A stretch of DNA of 64,000 bases, taken from Octopus sinensis (lineage: Eukaryota). Below the pieces are notes generated by a model. The model did not search any database. It saw nothing but the letters and a program-made list of their open reading frames with translations, and was not told the origin of the DNA. This document shows, piece by piece, positions 28,842 through 41,124 of this stretch (positions are counted from its first letter, which is position 1; each line of letters opens with the position of its first letter). The position numbers and the translations under genes are program-made. The stretch covers positions 131,130,001 through 131,194,000 of the forward strand of contig NC_043001.1 of NCBI RefSeq assembly GCF_006345805.1. Reading direction: 5' to 3'.

Positions 28842-30810
28842 TATATATATGTACATATATATATCTATATACCCGCATATATGATTATATACATGTATCC
28901 ATGTATGTACATACATACACTATGTATGTATGTATGTATGTATGTATGTATGTATGTATGTATGTATGTATGTGTGAGTGTGTGTGTGTGTTAGGTGCAG
29001 ACATGGCTATATAGCTGGGAAGCTTACTTCTCAAGTGCACACTTAAGGGTTCTGTCCCAATGCATGTCATGTTGGGCTAGTATCTTCTAGTTTAGACCTG
29101 AGTTGACCAAAACCTTGGAGGTACATTTGGTGGATGGAAGCTGAAATAAGCTCGGTATATATGTATTTCTCTGTGTGTGTGTACATGCATATGTGTATGT
29201 CTGTGTACATGCATATGTTTGTGTCTGCTTACCTTGAAAAGAAGGGCGCCACTGTCCTGTAAGCTATGTTATGCAAGTAACGCCATACAAGCAATAACAT
29301 TCCAATATTATGCACAAACATAGTTGGGTTAGGGAAATACTAGCTACTGAGTGAGCATTGGTGCCAAGTAAGTGTTGGTGAAAAAAAGGGCATCCAGTCA
29401 TAGAAAACTGCCTCCGTAAATGTGGATGTTAAAACAATGATGATGATAAAAGTGTGTTTGTGTGTTTGTTATTTTTCTGAAATCTATAGACTCATTTGAC
29501 CAAAGTTTATATCAGTTTTTTGAAGTGTTTAAGTAATTAACCTCAAGCAAAGTTCCAAGCATGTTCTGCTGAGTGGAGTGAAACAATGTGAAATATATCT
29601 TGAACATATACCTATTTGAGTACCTATTTGAGGTATCACACACTCTAATAATTATGTCAACCATTAGACAACATGCAGTCACTTATATGCCTGCATGTGT
29701 ATTAAGATACATATGTGTTTATATATATATGTATATACACATTTACTCATATATATATATAATATATATATATATATAATATATATATATATATATACAT
29801 GCATATATATACACATATACATACATATATACATACATATATATATATATATATATACACACAAACATATATATATATATATTATATATATATAATATAT
29901 ATATATATATACACACATTATATATATGTACATATATATATCTATATACCCGCATATATGATTATATACATGTATCCATGTATGTAAATACATACACTAT
30001 GTATGTATGTATGTAGTATGTATGTATGTATGTATGTATGTATGTGTGAGTGTGTGTGTGTGTGTTAGGTGCAGACATGGCTATATAGCTGGGAAGCTTA
30101 CTTCTCAAGTGCACACTTAAGGGTTCTGTCCCAATGCATGTCATGTTGGGCTAGTATCTTCTAGTTTAGACCTGAGTTGACCAAAACCTTGGAGGTACAT
30201 TTGGTGGATGGAAGCTGAAATAAGCTCGGTATATATGTATTTCTCTGTGTGTGTGTACATGCATATGTGTATGTCTGTGTACATGCATATGTTTGTGTCT
30301 GCTTACCTTGAAAAGAAGGGCGCCACTGTCCTGTAAGCTATGTTATGCAAGTAACGCCATACAAGCAATAACATTCCAATATTATGCACAAACATAGTTG
30401 GGTTAGGGAAATACTAGCTACTGAGTGAGCATTGGTGCCAAGTAAGTGTTGGTGAAAAAAAGGGCATCCAGTCATAGAAAACTGCCTCCGTAAATGTGGA
30501 TGTTAAAACAATGATGATGAAAAAGTGTGTTTGTGTGTTTGTTATTTTTCTGAAATCTATAGACTCATTTGACCAAAGTTTATATCAGTTTTTTGAAGTG
30601 TTTAAGTAATTAACCTCAAGCAAGTTCCAGAGTTCTGCTGAGTGGAGTGAAACAATGTGAAATATATCTTGAACATATACCTATTTGAGTACCTATTTGA
30701 GGTATCACACACTCTAATAATTATGTCAACCATTAGACAACATGCAGTCACTTATATGCCTGCTTGTATTAAGATACATATGTGTTTATATATATGTATA
30801 TACACATTTA

Positions 30811-30815
<5 letters not shown>
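28705..30815. repeat. ~1.07 kb tandem direct duplication with breakpoints in (TA)n
   Basis: ttaggtgcagac at 28991 and 30065 (offset 1074); unique sequence nearly identical apart from small indels. Confidence 0.9.
28993..29450 (+). mobile_element. Degraded SINE: family A head with alternative tail (duplicated at ~30067-30525)
   Basis: Head ggtgcagacatggc..gaaataagctcg, microsatellite, then aagggcatccagtcatagaaaactgcctcc..gatgttaaaacaatgatgatgat. Confidence 0.7.
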
Positions 30816-30851
<36 letters not shown>

Positions 30852-30867
30852 TAGATAGATAGATACA

Positions 30868-30900
<33 letters not shown>

Positions 30901-31089
30901 GTCTGTGTATGTATGTATATTTATGTTTTATACAATGTGTATTTGTATTATATATATATTGCACACACATATATGAAAATGGAAACCAATTGCTTTATTT
31001 GCTTATAATACAGGGCTTAAGGTCACGTCCTACACAAGAGTGAAGTTAAATACAATGGATTTATATAAATTTTCATAAATAAAGAAATA

Positions 31090-31385
31090 TCGGAATCATT
31101 CCAAAACTGATTTGTTGGCTTTCCACAAGCAACATTTGCTTTGGCAATTCTGGACAGAACATTGAGATCCATAACCTGTTCAATTTTCAAAGAATCCATG
31201 CTAAAACTAGAAGTATGAGAAATGCATGTTAGGGAACTACACTTTGTGGATGACTATGGTTGACCATGGTCCTTCAAGATACTTCAGCAATCCCAGACTG
31301 CTTCTTGTCTGCTGCAGAAAACTTTTGTTTCACAATCAGTAAGAAGAAGCCTAAAATTGTGCACCAACACTGCCCTAGACCTAGG
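31090..31385 (+). mobile_element. RTE-clade RT core fragment
   Basis: NLFNFQRIHAKTR..HVRELHFVDD..DCFLSAAENFCFTISKKKPKIVHQH, the FADD/GLTIS..KT region. Confidence 0.75.
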
Positions 31386-31649
31386 TGCTTCCCTACTAAT
31401 GTATATGTACGTGTATGTGCGTGTGTGTGTGTGTGTGTTCACACACGCATGCACACAAAATTTATACAATATATACACATATACAAATATGTGTATTACA
31501 TATCTGGTTACATATTATCACCACAGGCTGGTACACATGCTGCATATTTTGAGTTATTAGTGACTAAGCTGACCACCAGCCATGCACACTGCTCATCCTG
31601 GTCAAAAGAATTACTTAAAACCAAGCAGAACAAAAACCATACACACACA

Positions 31650-31682
<33 letters not shown>

Positions 31683-31689
31683 CTAAGCA

Positions 31690-32070
31690 CAGGTTTGACT
31701 GTTTGTTTCCCAACTATATGGTTTTGGGTTCAGTTCCACCACATGGCACATTGGGCAAGTCTCTTCTGTTAGAGTTTATGGCAACTAAATCTTCTTGCAA
31801 GTAGATCTGATAGATGGAAACTGAAGGAAACCTTCATATACATATACAGGTATGTGTGTAGGTGTATGTGTATAGTGGTGTCTCCTTGTGTGAATTGTTG
31901 TGTCATTCATTTCCAATATTCTGTGGAAACATGTCTGACTGTGGAGGAATAACAGTTTGCATGGAGACAAGTGTGGGTCGGTGACAGGAAAGGTATCCAT
32001 CCATAGAAAAACTGCCTCATTAAACTCTGTCCCACTCATGCAAGCATGGAAAAGTGAATGTTAAGATGGT
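31690..32070 (+). mobile_element. Degraded SINE: family A head with alternative tail
   Basis: gggttcagttccaccacatggcacattgggcaagtc..gaaactgaaggaaacc, then gtgacaggaaaggtatccatccatagaaaaactgcctc..catgcaagcatggaaaagtgaatgttaa. Confidence 0.7.
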
Positions 32071-32316
32071 GGGGAGCTGAAACAATGATGGCATGTATAC
32101 ATTCTTATATCATAGCTTAAGAGTTTTAAAGTATATAAAAATGAATTTATTTAGTGTTAAGTTAGCCAATATAGAACTTGTTACATCAGGCAGTAAGGAC
32201 AAATATGTTTATTTGGTCAAAAGTTTAGTGTTTAGTCTGAGTTCTATCCATGGTTATTCACAATAAATACAAACAACCAAAGGTGAAGCTCAAAGTGGAT
32301 TCTTAACTTGTAAGAT

Positions 32317-32723
32317 AGGAGTGGCTGTGTAGTAAGTAGCTTGTTTACCAACCACATGGTTCCGGGTTCAGTCCCACTACGTGGCACCTTGGGCAAGTGT
32401 CTTCTACTATAGCCTCGGGCCGACCAAAGCCTTGTGAGTGAATTTGGTAGATGGAAACTGAAAGAAGCCCATCGTATATATGTGAATATATATATATATA
32501 TATATATGCGTGTGTGTGTTTGTGTGTCTGTGTTTGTCCCCCTAGCATTGCTTGACAACTGATGCCGGTGTGTTTATATCCCCGTTACTTAGTGGTTCGG
32601 CAAAAGAGACCAATAGAATAAGTACTGGGCTTACAAAAGAATAAGTTCCGGGGTCGAATTGCTCGACTAAAGGCGGTGCTCCAGCATGGCCGCAGTCAAA
32701 TGACTGAAACAAGTAAAAGAGTA
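32317..32723 (+). mobile_element. SINE family A, near full length
   Basis: Head ggagtggctgtgtagtaag/ggttcagtccc, CORE-like segment, (TA)n(TG)n, tail ctccagcatggccgcagtcaaatgactgaaacaagtaaaagag. Confidence 0.95.
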
Positions 32724-32881
32724 TAGTTAGGTAGACAGATATATAGAAAATTTGTTACAACAAATTTCATCTGAAATTTGCAAGCATAGAAAAGTGGATG
32801 CTAAAATGACAATGACAATGTAGATATGAATGAATATAGATACATATGTAAGTGTGTATGTGTGTGAATAAATATATTTGC

Positions 32882-32935
<54 letters not shown>

Positions 32936-33859
32936 GAATGAATGATTATATATGTATGCATATGTATTTATGTATGTGTATAAAGGAATGAATATATATG
33001 ACAGTGTACAAATATTTTCAAATACACTATATCGCCAACATGGATTATTACATGATGTTAAATAATGATTTTCGTAAAATTACTTCTGGAAAATTTTGCA
33101 AATTTTGAAAACATTTCTTATAACATTTCCATTTTAAGATTTGGTTCTGAAATATATATTAAGTCACTGACTGACTTTAAATAGACAAATATTAACAGAA
33201 GATACTCAGATATTAAGAGAAGATCTTTTAGATGCTCCTAAATAATGTGAAAATACTATTATTGCATGAGATGAGCAAATGGTGAAAATTATATAACTAT
33301 TGATGACAATAATCAATAAGTACTGCAAATTTGAAAAAGTTGTTCAATAATTAAAAAGGTAAATTAATATTTTAAAAGCTTCTCTCTTTGTCATATATCC
33401 TTATGAAAATTATTTCTCCAAAACTCCTCATATTTCAGCAATTCTATTTATGGAAGCTGTCAATCTATATGATATATTCAGAATATATCTGAACCTCCAG
33501 CCACCCCACACTCCCACCCCACACCCAAAGAGAAAAAACATATTTATGCAATATTTTTAAATACATGAAAAATTAGCAAATAAAATATATTCATTTGTGT
33601 GGATAGATAATTTTTTTTTCTTTCAACAATTCAATATGTTAAACTATACTTTCATTTAAGATGTATGAGTAAAATAATAGAAATTAATACAGATAAATAT
33701 GATAAAATTCCCTTTATTATTATTAATTTTATCATTATTATATAAGATTTACCAGTTCCACAGTTAAATTTTATTTATGCATTCTAAAATACTCCATGCC
33801 CATTTGTGTGTTAGTAGCCCTTCTATAAAAGAAGCATCTGAATAAAAATTCTTTCTTCT

Positions 33860-34150
33860 CCCAGTGAAAAGTCCAAAATTAAAATTTCAAAATGGCTGAC
33901 AGAAATTTAAAACAAATTTAATCCTAAGACTTTTAGTACTGTTGGCTGCTTTACATTTTTCTTAAATGTCTCAAACTGCATGAGATCACAACATGTTAAG
34001 GTTGAAAAGACAGCTGACATTTTCACTACAATCTTTCTCACGTTTGAAAGTTAAAAATTAAAATAATCAAATCCTTTCTACTGCAACATTTACGAAAGCA
34101 AGCATTAAAATTGTAAAAAAATTAAATTTTTAAAATTTTTCTTTAAAATT
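33860..34150. mobile_element. Old non-autonomous DNA-transposon-like repeat (related to 19995-20300)
   Basis: Shared aaatttcaaaatggctg..agaaattt core and AT-rich downstream similarity. Confidence 0.35.
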
Positions 34151-34319
34151 TAAAGAACAAAGTAGCCATCACATCACAACTGAAGCTGCTGAAAAATTTC
34201 CAGTACATTTGAATGTGTGCTCAAATAAAATTTACAAATTACTAATTTAATATATCTCTGCTTCATCTTTAATTTTAATATTTCCAAGAAATTAAATTTC
34301 AATGTTCCAGCGATCTATC

Positions 34320-34450
34320 TATCAATATATATATATATATATATAGTGTATGTATGTGTGATTATATATATATATACACACTACATCTATTATACTATAT
34401 ATATATATATATGTATGAGTGTATATATATATATATACACACATACACAT

Positions 34451-34481
<31 letters not shown>

Positions 34482-35334
34482 ACATACACATCTATATATA
34501 TATAGATATTATATATATATACATACCAACATCTATTATAATATATATATATACACATACACATCTATAATATATATTATACACACCATACACATCTATG
34601 ATATATATATATATATAACACACATACACATCTATATATATATATATATATATACACATACACATCTATATATATATATATATATATACACATACACATC
34701 TATATATATATTATATATATATATCAATGAGAAAACTACTGCAACAAACATACTCAGAAATTCAAAGGCTTCAATGATGACAATCAAAGTAGTTGAATTA
34801 AAAGTTGACAGAACATGCCCATAGCCCAAAGGCTTCATAATTTTTCCCATTTAAAAAATAATTCAATTGTATAATTATAATTCAACACACTTGTTACACA
34901 ATGTAGTTAGTAAAATTAATAAATTTATATGCATGTACTAATCATGATTGATGTTAAACCCTGGGACACCGCAAGACAAACAAAACTAAAATCAATGTCA
35001 CCCCACCCCTGCTTATTACATATATTTTAGAGTAACTAGCATTGCATTATTCAATACATCCTTTCATTTTTAAGGTGTGGTGTGGTTTCAGGAAAATTCA
35101 GCTGCTATTTTTAGCAGCTTCAGAAACTAGACAAGGAATCAGATATAGTAATAAGTAATTTATAACTAAACAAGTGCACTATGCACACACACAAATTTAT
35201 ACATAGCCTTAGTACTATATATATCTATATATGTATATGTATATGTATATATATATAGTATATCTATATATATATATATATAGATATATATATAATATAT
35301 ATATACATATATATATGTGAATGTATATATATGC

Positions 35335-35384
<50 letters not shown>

Positions 35385-35988
35385 ATGTGTGTGTGTGTAA
35401 ATGCATATATATATATATTTTCATATACATTATGTATAAAAATATACATATGCATGTATATACAATATCTATGACAGAAAATATATGAACAAATATATAT
35501 GCATGGATGGATGGATGGATGGATGGATAGACAGACAGATAGACAGACCGATTACTAAAGAAAGAGATAAATAGATATGCCTATGTATATGTGTGTGTCA
35601 GTGTGTATATATATATATTGATAAATAAATAAATGCATGCATTCATATATATATCTACATACATATGTATATACACACATTTATAAACATATACATACAT
35701 GTATCTATGCATATGCACATATATATATATATGAATGTATATGCATGTGTGTGTGTGTGTACATTTATAAATATATATATATGTATATATATAAATATGC
35801 ACAAATATATAAATATACACACACATGCAAAACTATATAATGCATACATTATGTGTGTGTGTATGCATATAAATATATATGTACGTGTGTGTGTATACAT
35901 GTATATATATATATGATTGAATATATCCATGTATATACATACAAACATATATCTACCATACATATGCATATATATATATATATATAAG

Positions 35989-36029
<41 letters not shown>

Positions 36030-36385
36030 GCACACACACATATATATATATGTATATATATATATACAAGCACACACACACACATATATATATGTATATA
36101 TATATATATACAAGCACACACACACCACACACAACTATATATATGTATATAATATATATACAAGCCACACACACACACACACACATATATATATGTATAT
36201 ATATATACAAGCACACCACACACACACACATAAATATATACATACACATATACATACTTATGCGTATATATGGTATATGTATAGGATATATATATATATA
36301 TATTATATATAATATATATTATATATATGTAATATATATATAATTCTATTATATATATTAAATATATATATTATATATATATATA
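34320..36385. repeat. Two compound microsatellite fields with higher-order units (34320-34725 and 35215-36385)
   Basis: Repeated acatacacatct(at)n and acaagcac(ac)n(at)n cassettes. Confidence 0.9.
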
Positions 36386-36721
36386 CAGCCACACATACAC
36401 ACAATATAGAAAGACAGATAGGAAGATATCATGTACAGAACAATTAGAAACATCATATTCTACACATATGCTATTAATAGATAAACAATTTATATTAAAA
36501 AAACTCATATATGAGTGTTCAGACACACCCATTCGCAAACTAAAAAGTGTATTGGCACACTTATTCACATAAAAATATGGTTCAACAAATGATGTATACA
36601 TACCTACATCTTTATCTATGCAGTAATGTAGGTATGTATATACATATATGTATATGTATTCTTTATTTAAAGCAGCAGAAAATTCAACAAAACCTGTTAC
36701 TCTGAGTTTCCCGTTGCCGTT

Positions 36722-36830
36722 CATGGAACTTTGGGCAAGTATCTTCAACTATAGCCTTGGGCTGACCAAAGCCTTGTGAGTGGATTTGGTAGATGGAAAC
36801 TGAAAAAAGTTTGTCATATACATATATGTG
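36722..36830 (+). mobile_element. SINE family A partial head (local duplicate of 37239-37345)
   Basis: Shares the non-consensus changes ggaactttggg, tcttcaact and gaaaaaagtttgtc with the downstream copy. Confidence 0.85.
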
Positions 36831-37061
36831 TGTGTGTATATATGTGAGTGTGTGTATGTGTATATATGTATACATATATGTATGTACATGTATATATATG
36901 TATATGTGTGTGTGTATACACACATGCACACGCACACACATATATAAATATATACATACATGTGTGTGTGTGTATATATATATATATATTGGTAAAAACG
37001 GTAAGATAACAAAAGAAAGAAAGAGACCTCAATATTATGTAAATAGAGGAAATTTAACTCC

Positions 37062-37108
<47 letters not shown>

Positions 37109-37187
37109 ATAATATATAGTGGAGTTAAACGCAGTATTATTCAAATTCTTCTACTTCAGACACGTGTTTCAAAGATGTCACAGTTAT

Positions 37188-37345
37188 TGTGTAAGAAGCT
37201 TGCTTTCCAACCCCATAGTTCCAGGTTCAGTCCCACTGCATGGAACTTTGGGCAACTGTCTTCAACTATAGCCTTGGGCTGACCAAAGCCTTGTGAGTGG
37301 ATTTGGTAGATGGGAACTGAAAAAAGTTTGTCGAATACATATACA
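37188..37345 (+). mobile_element. SINE family A head
   Basis: gtgtaagaagcttgctttccaacc..ggttcagtcccactgc..gtgagtggatttggtagatgg. Confidence 0.85.
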
Positions 37346-37521
37346 TATACATACACACGTTCCTTCCAAGTACTGCTGTAAACAACAGGCGTGAGCTAGA
37401 ATGTTAAAACTTAGTGTGCATGAACAGCAGAGTCCCAGGTCAATTTATGCCAAGCAACTTCACTCTGCATGCCTTAGCTTCATTACTATGGCAACAGTCC
37501 GGATACTTATTGATCAGACTT

Positions 37522-37558
<37 letters not shown>

Positions 37559-38789
37559 CTATGTCTACATAGTATATATGTGTGTGTGCAGTGGAAATCA
37601 ACCTGAATTTCTGTATGACCAGTTATTATGTAAATTTCTTGGATATTATCATGGAAGTTTACAAAGAGAGCAACTGTCAACCATAGAATTGTTAGCCTGT
37701 CCCTGTATAAGGCCAGCTTTGTTTAGACCACCCCTTGAGGCCCTTCTCTATATTTAGAGTTGCATGGTGCTATCCTTGGAAAGTGCAGTTCAGTTACATT
37801 AGGTGCTATTGCTATAATTTGGAAAAGAAGGAACCCATGTCCCAAGCTATCTCTGTGCAGTTTTGCAATTAAGTATTTCCAACTGTTTAAACCTCTATAT
37901 TGCACTCCATTTGATAACTGCCAGACTTGTTTTCTGTAGTGGATTTTTCCAAGAAATTCTTGTGCACAACATCAACTCCATGCATAGACTTTCACTCATT
38001 TTTCAAACAGATCAACTTTCAACTTAGTGGTTCGTCAATGGTTAGGTTGACCAGAAGCTGAACCATTCTCAGATTTTACATTTATGGATCTTCTATGCAG
38101 ATGGATATTCTAACAAGAAATATGCAGCCATCACTCATATGTGGTCATCCAATATGAATGTTTCCCAACATTATTATTTCTATGTCTCTGCATAAGTGCT
38201 ATATAGTCAGTGACACTGTTTTAGATTCATTTGTACATTTGACAGGCTACTTGTTCAGCAGGGTTTTTAGCACTTTCCTCACCAAACAAGCCTGGTGGGT
38301 GATGCTGATTTAGTGGCTAATAAGCTAACAGTTCAGCAGGCTGTACTGGATTACATGCTACCAAAAATACTCGTAAACAAATCTACACCACAAAAAATAT
38401 AATCAGTATTTTATGTTTTATATAACATACACATGTTTCAGAAATCTGGCCACCATAACTTACATGTTCCTAAAGGCCCTGTTATGCTACAAATGCAGCT
38501 GGGTCATTTCATCAGCATTACTGGCAAAAATTTATGAAGAAACATGCAACTATGTCGAGCAAAGGAGTGAAGTGAGGAAATTCTTCACCTTATTCAAACC
38601 CTTTGGTAATGAGTCACACCTTCCAATGAACCTTTTGAACTGTGTGTGTTGCACAATAGGTAAGAAATGATAGTGTAATCACAGAATAAATGAACTCCAT
38701 ATTAGACAGTCCATTTCTTAAAATCTAACATAATAATTAGGGTCAAATAGTCCAGCAGAAGTGTTGGCTGTTAGATGGGTGCAATTTGA

Positions 38790-39652
38790 GAAGTTGCTAA
38801 ATGTCTTCTATCTCTTACCAACACTGATAATTGAAAAAATGGTGTCTAGACAATCAGAAGTGGCCAATGGCACAATAGAATAATGTCCTCTTTTCTGATG
38901 AATCATCATTCACATTTTTTTTGCCTTCTTCAAGGTGAGATTACGTCTGGAGACAAGCCAAAGAAGCCTTCAGCTTTGACTGTTTGGCCACAACTATGAA
39001 GCATGCAGGTGGCTATATGACAGAATTCTCTTGACTTTTTATTTAGGTTTTTTTGGTTTCAAATGGCGAAGTTAACATCAAGGACTCCCTGACTACTTTG
39101 GTTGATTCTGTCCCTTCTATGGTACAAACTTTGCTCCTGAATGGTTATCTAGTCTTCCAGGAAGATAATGCTATTCAAAATTAGTGCAAAGAGCACAAAA
39201 GTAAAGTAGACAACTTGGATTGGCCTTCCACAGTCAACAGATCTCACAAATAATTGAACATTTGCGGTGCATTTTGGAGCAGTAAGTAGGGAACCGCTTC
39301 CCTCAGCACAGTGTTGTTTTAACAGCATTATAGTCTCGTTAACTCCCTGGGAAAATCATTACACTGGAGCCTACAGTATCTACATATTAACAGCATATCT
39401 AGATCGGAGATGGACAATTGCCTAATGTACCCATGGCTTATGACACTACCTCCACCATTGTAATTTAAAGAACTAAAGTAATTTTCACTTGAAGAATGGC
39501 TCAAAATTCCCTTAAGGACTTTTCTGAACATGTATGAGTCAATTTGTCAATGTATTAAAGTTGTGGCTGGTGCTAAAGGTGGACCAATTTAATATTAAGT
39601 AATAAAATTTCCATTTATTAAAGTATTTCCATTATTTTGTCCAACCTCTGCA
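38790..39652 (+). mobile_element. Tc1-like transposon relic (DD34E transposase C-terminal half and right TIR)
   Basis: VLFSDESS (38885), FQEDNA (39155), WPS-QSTDL..IEH (39221), EEWLKIP..AKGGP; ends ccattattttgtccaacctctg-ca, a Tc1-type TIR. Confidence 0.8.
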
Positions 39653-39810
39653 TATTCATCCATATATATGTGTGCATGTGTTTTTATGTACATATATATA
39701 TACATATATATATATGCATGTGTGTGTAGGTGTGTATGTACGTAGGTACATATATATATATGTATGCATATATGTGTGTATGTAGGTACATATATATATA
39801 TGTATGTATA

Positions 39811-39860
<50 letters not shown>

Positions 39861-39861
39861 C

Positions 39862-40092
39862 CGACCGTGGCCAATGCCAGCCTCGCCTGGCACCAGTGCA
39901 GGTGGCATGTAAAAAGCACCCACTACACTCACGGAGTGGTTGGCGTTAGGAAGGGCATCCAGCTGTAGAAACATTGCCAGATAAAACCGGAGCCTAGTGC
40001 AGCCTTCTGGCTTCCCAGATCCCCGGTCGAACCATCCAACCCATGCTAGCATGGAGAACAGACGTTAAACGATGATGACGATGATGATGATG
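39862..40092 (+). mobile_element. SINE alternative tail module, young-looking, (GAT)n end
   Basis: ggtggcatgtaaaaagcaccc..ttaggaagggcatccagctgtagaaac..ccaacccatgctagcatggagaacagacgttaaacgatgatgac. Confidence 0.8.
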
Positions 40093-40214
40093 ATATATAT
40101 AAATAAATAGAGAGAGAGAGATGCACATATACATATGTAAGAGCATTGATATATGCATGTGTATGTATATAGACACATACATGCATTTTCTAGGCTGGCA
40201 TGGATTGAATAGTT

Positions 40215-40440
40215 CAACTGGATGCAATGTTCTGCAAGTTCTCTACAAGTAGTGGTTGGATTTTCAGTGACAACAGCTTCCAACTCTTTGGAATCAAGTT
40301 GTTTTGAATGACCTTCTTTTAGCTCATATTTCAAACTCAAATCCCCACTGCTGGAGTGAGAAAACCATCTGCAACATCTTTCACTCACTACATCTTCCCC
40401 ATAAACTATCAGATTATGGCCAATACCATCAGAATCTGGA
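40215..40440 (-). mobile_element. Mariner transposase N-terminal HTH fragment
   Basis: SERCCRWFSHSSSGDLSLKYELKEGHSKQLDSKELEAVVTENPTTTCRELAE matches the mariner pattern WF..F.sGdfsL.d..RsGRP..lD...L.a.ve.np..t.rELA. Confidence 0.75.
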
Positions 40441-40530
40441 AAAAAAATGTATTAATTCCTCATTGTGAGGTTCTTAAAACATTGCAAGAGGCATAATTTT
40501 AAAAAACACTACCACTACCTTTGCACCAAC

Positions 40531-40572
<42 letters not shown>

Positions 40573-40577
<5 letters not shown>

Positions 40578-41107
40578 CTTTAAAAGTCCCTCCTAGCGTG
40601 TGGCATTTATGTGTAATAATGCCCTCTATATAATATAAATAAATATTTTCAAGTGAAAAAATTTACAGATTTTTTCTCTTATGAGGTTTTTCACGCTAAC
40701 TACCTGATAATTTCTTATTAAGATTTTATCTTATTTTAAAATTTGTTCTGAAGAAGCACGTTTCTTACCGAAATGCAATTCAAAAAAGCCTGCCATTCAC
40801 ATAAATATATGAGGGGTGAACATTTTCATATGCTACGATGGAGGCAACGGTTGTCTGTCTGGTTCCGCCTGGTATGTTGGTTTTGTTCATTCATGATATA
40901 TTTTGAATTCGTTTCACTGAAGAGCAAGAGATGTAGATAATACGTTAATTGCGAAATCACAGGTGATCTGGAACTAAATTCTGTTTTTAAATGTCTCACT
41001 TCAAGAATTGCATTCGGTACGATTTGTTTATTTTTGGTAGTTATGACTTTAAAAGTCCCTCCTAGCGTGTGGCATTTATGTGTAATAATGCCCTCTATAT
41101 AATATAA
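40573..41107. repeat. 469-bp unit bounded by exact 66-bp direct repeats, embedded in (TA)n; unclassified
   Basis: tatgactttaaaagtccctcctagcgtgtggcatttatgtgtaataatgccctctatataatataa at 40573-40638 and 41042-41107. Confidence 0.9.
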
Positions 41108-41124
41108 TATATATATATATATAT

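Noticed and set aside
37600-38150. Balanced-composition stretch as a possible exon or LINE RT
   Set aside because: Stops in all frames and only a weak RISW-like hint; too degraded to call.
39328-39531. Minus ORF with GGGSV resembling a second Tc1 motif
   Set aside because: The motif is the reverse complement of the plus-strand PPL codons of the same Tc1 relic.
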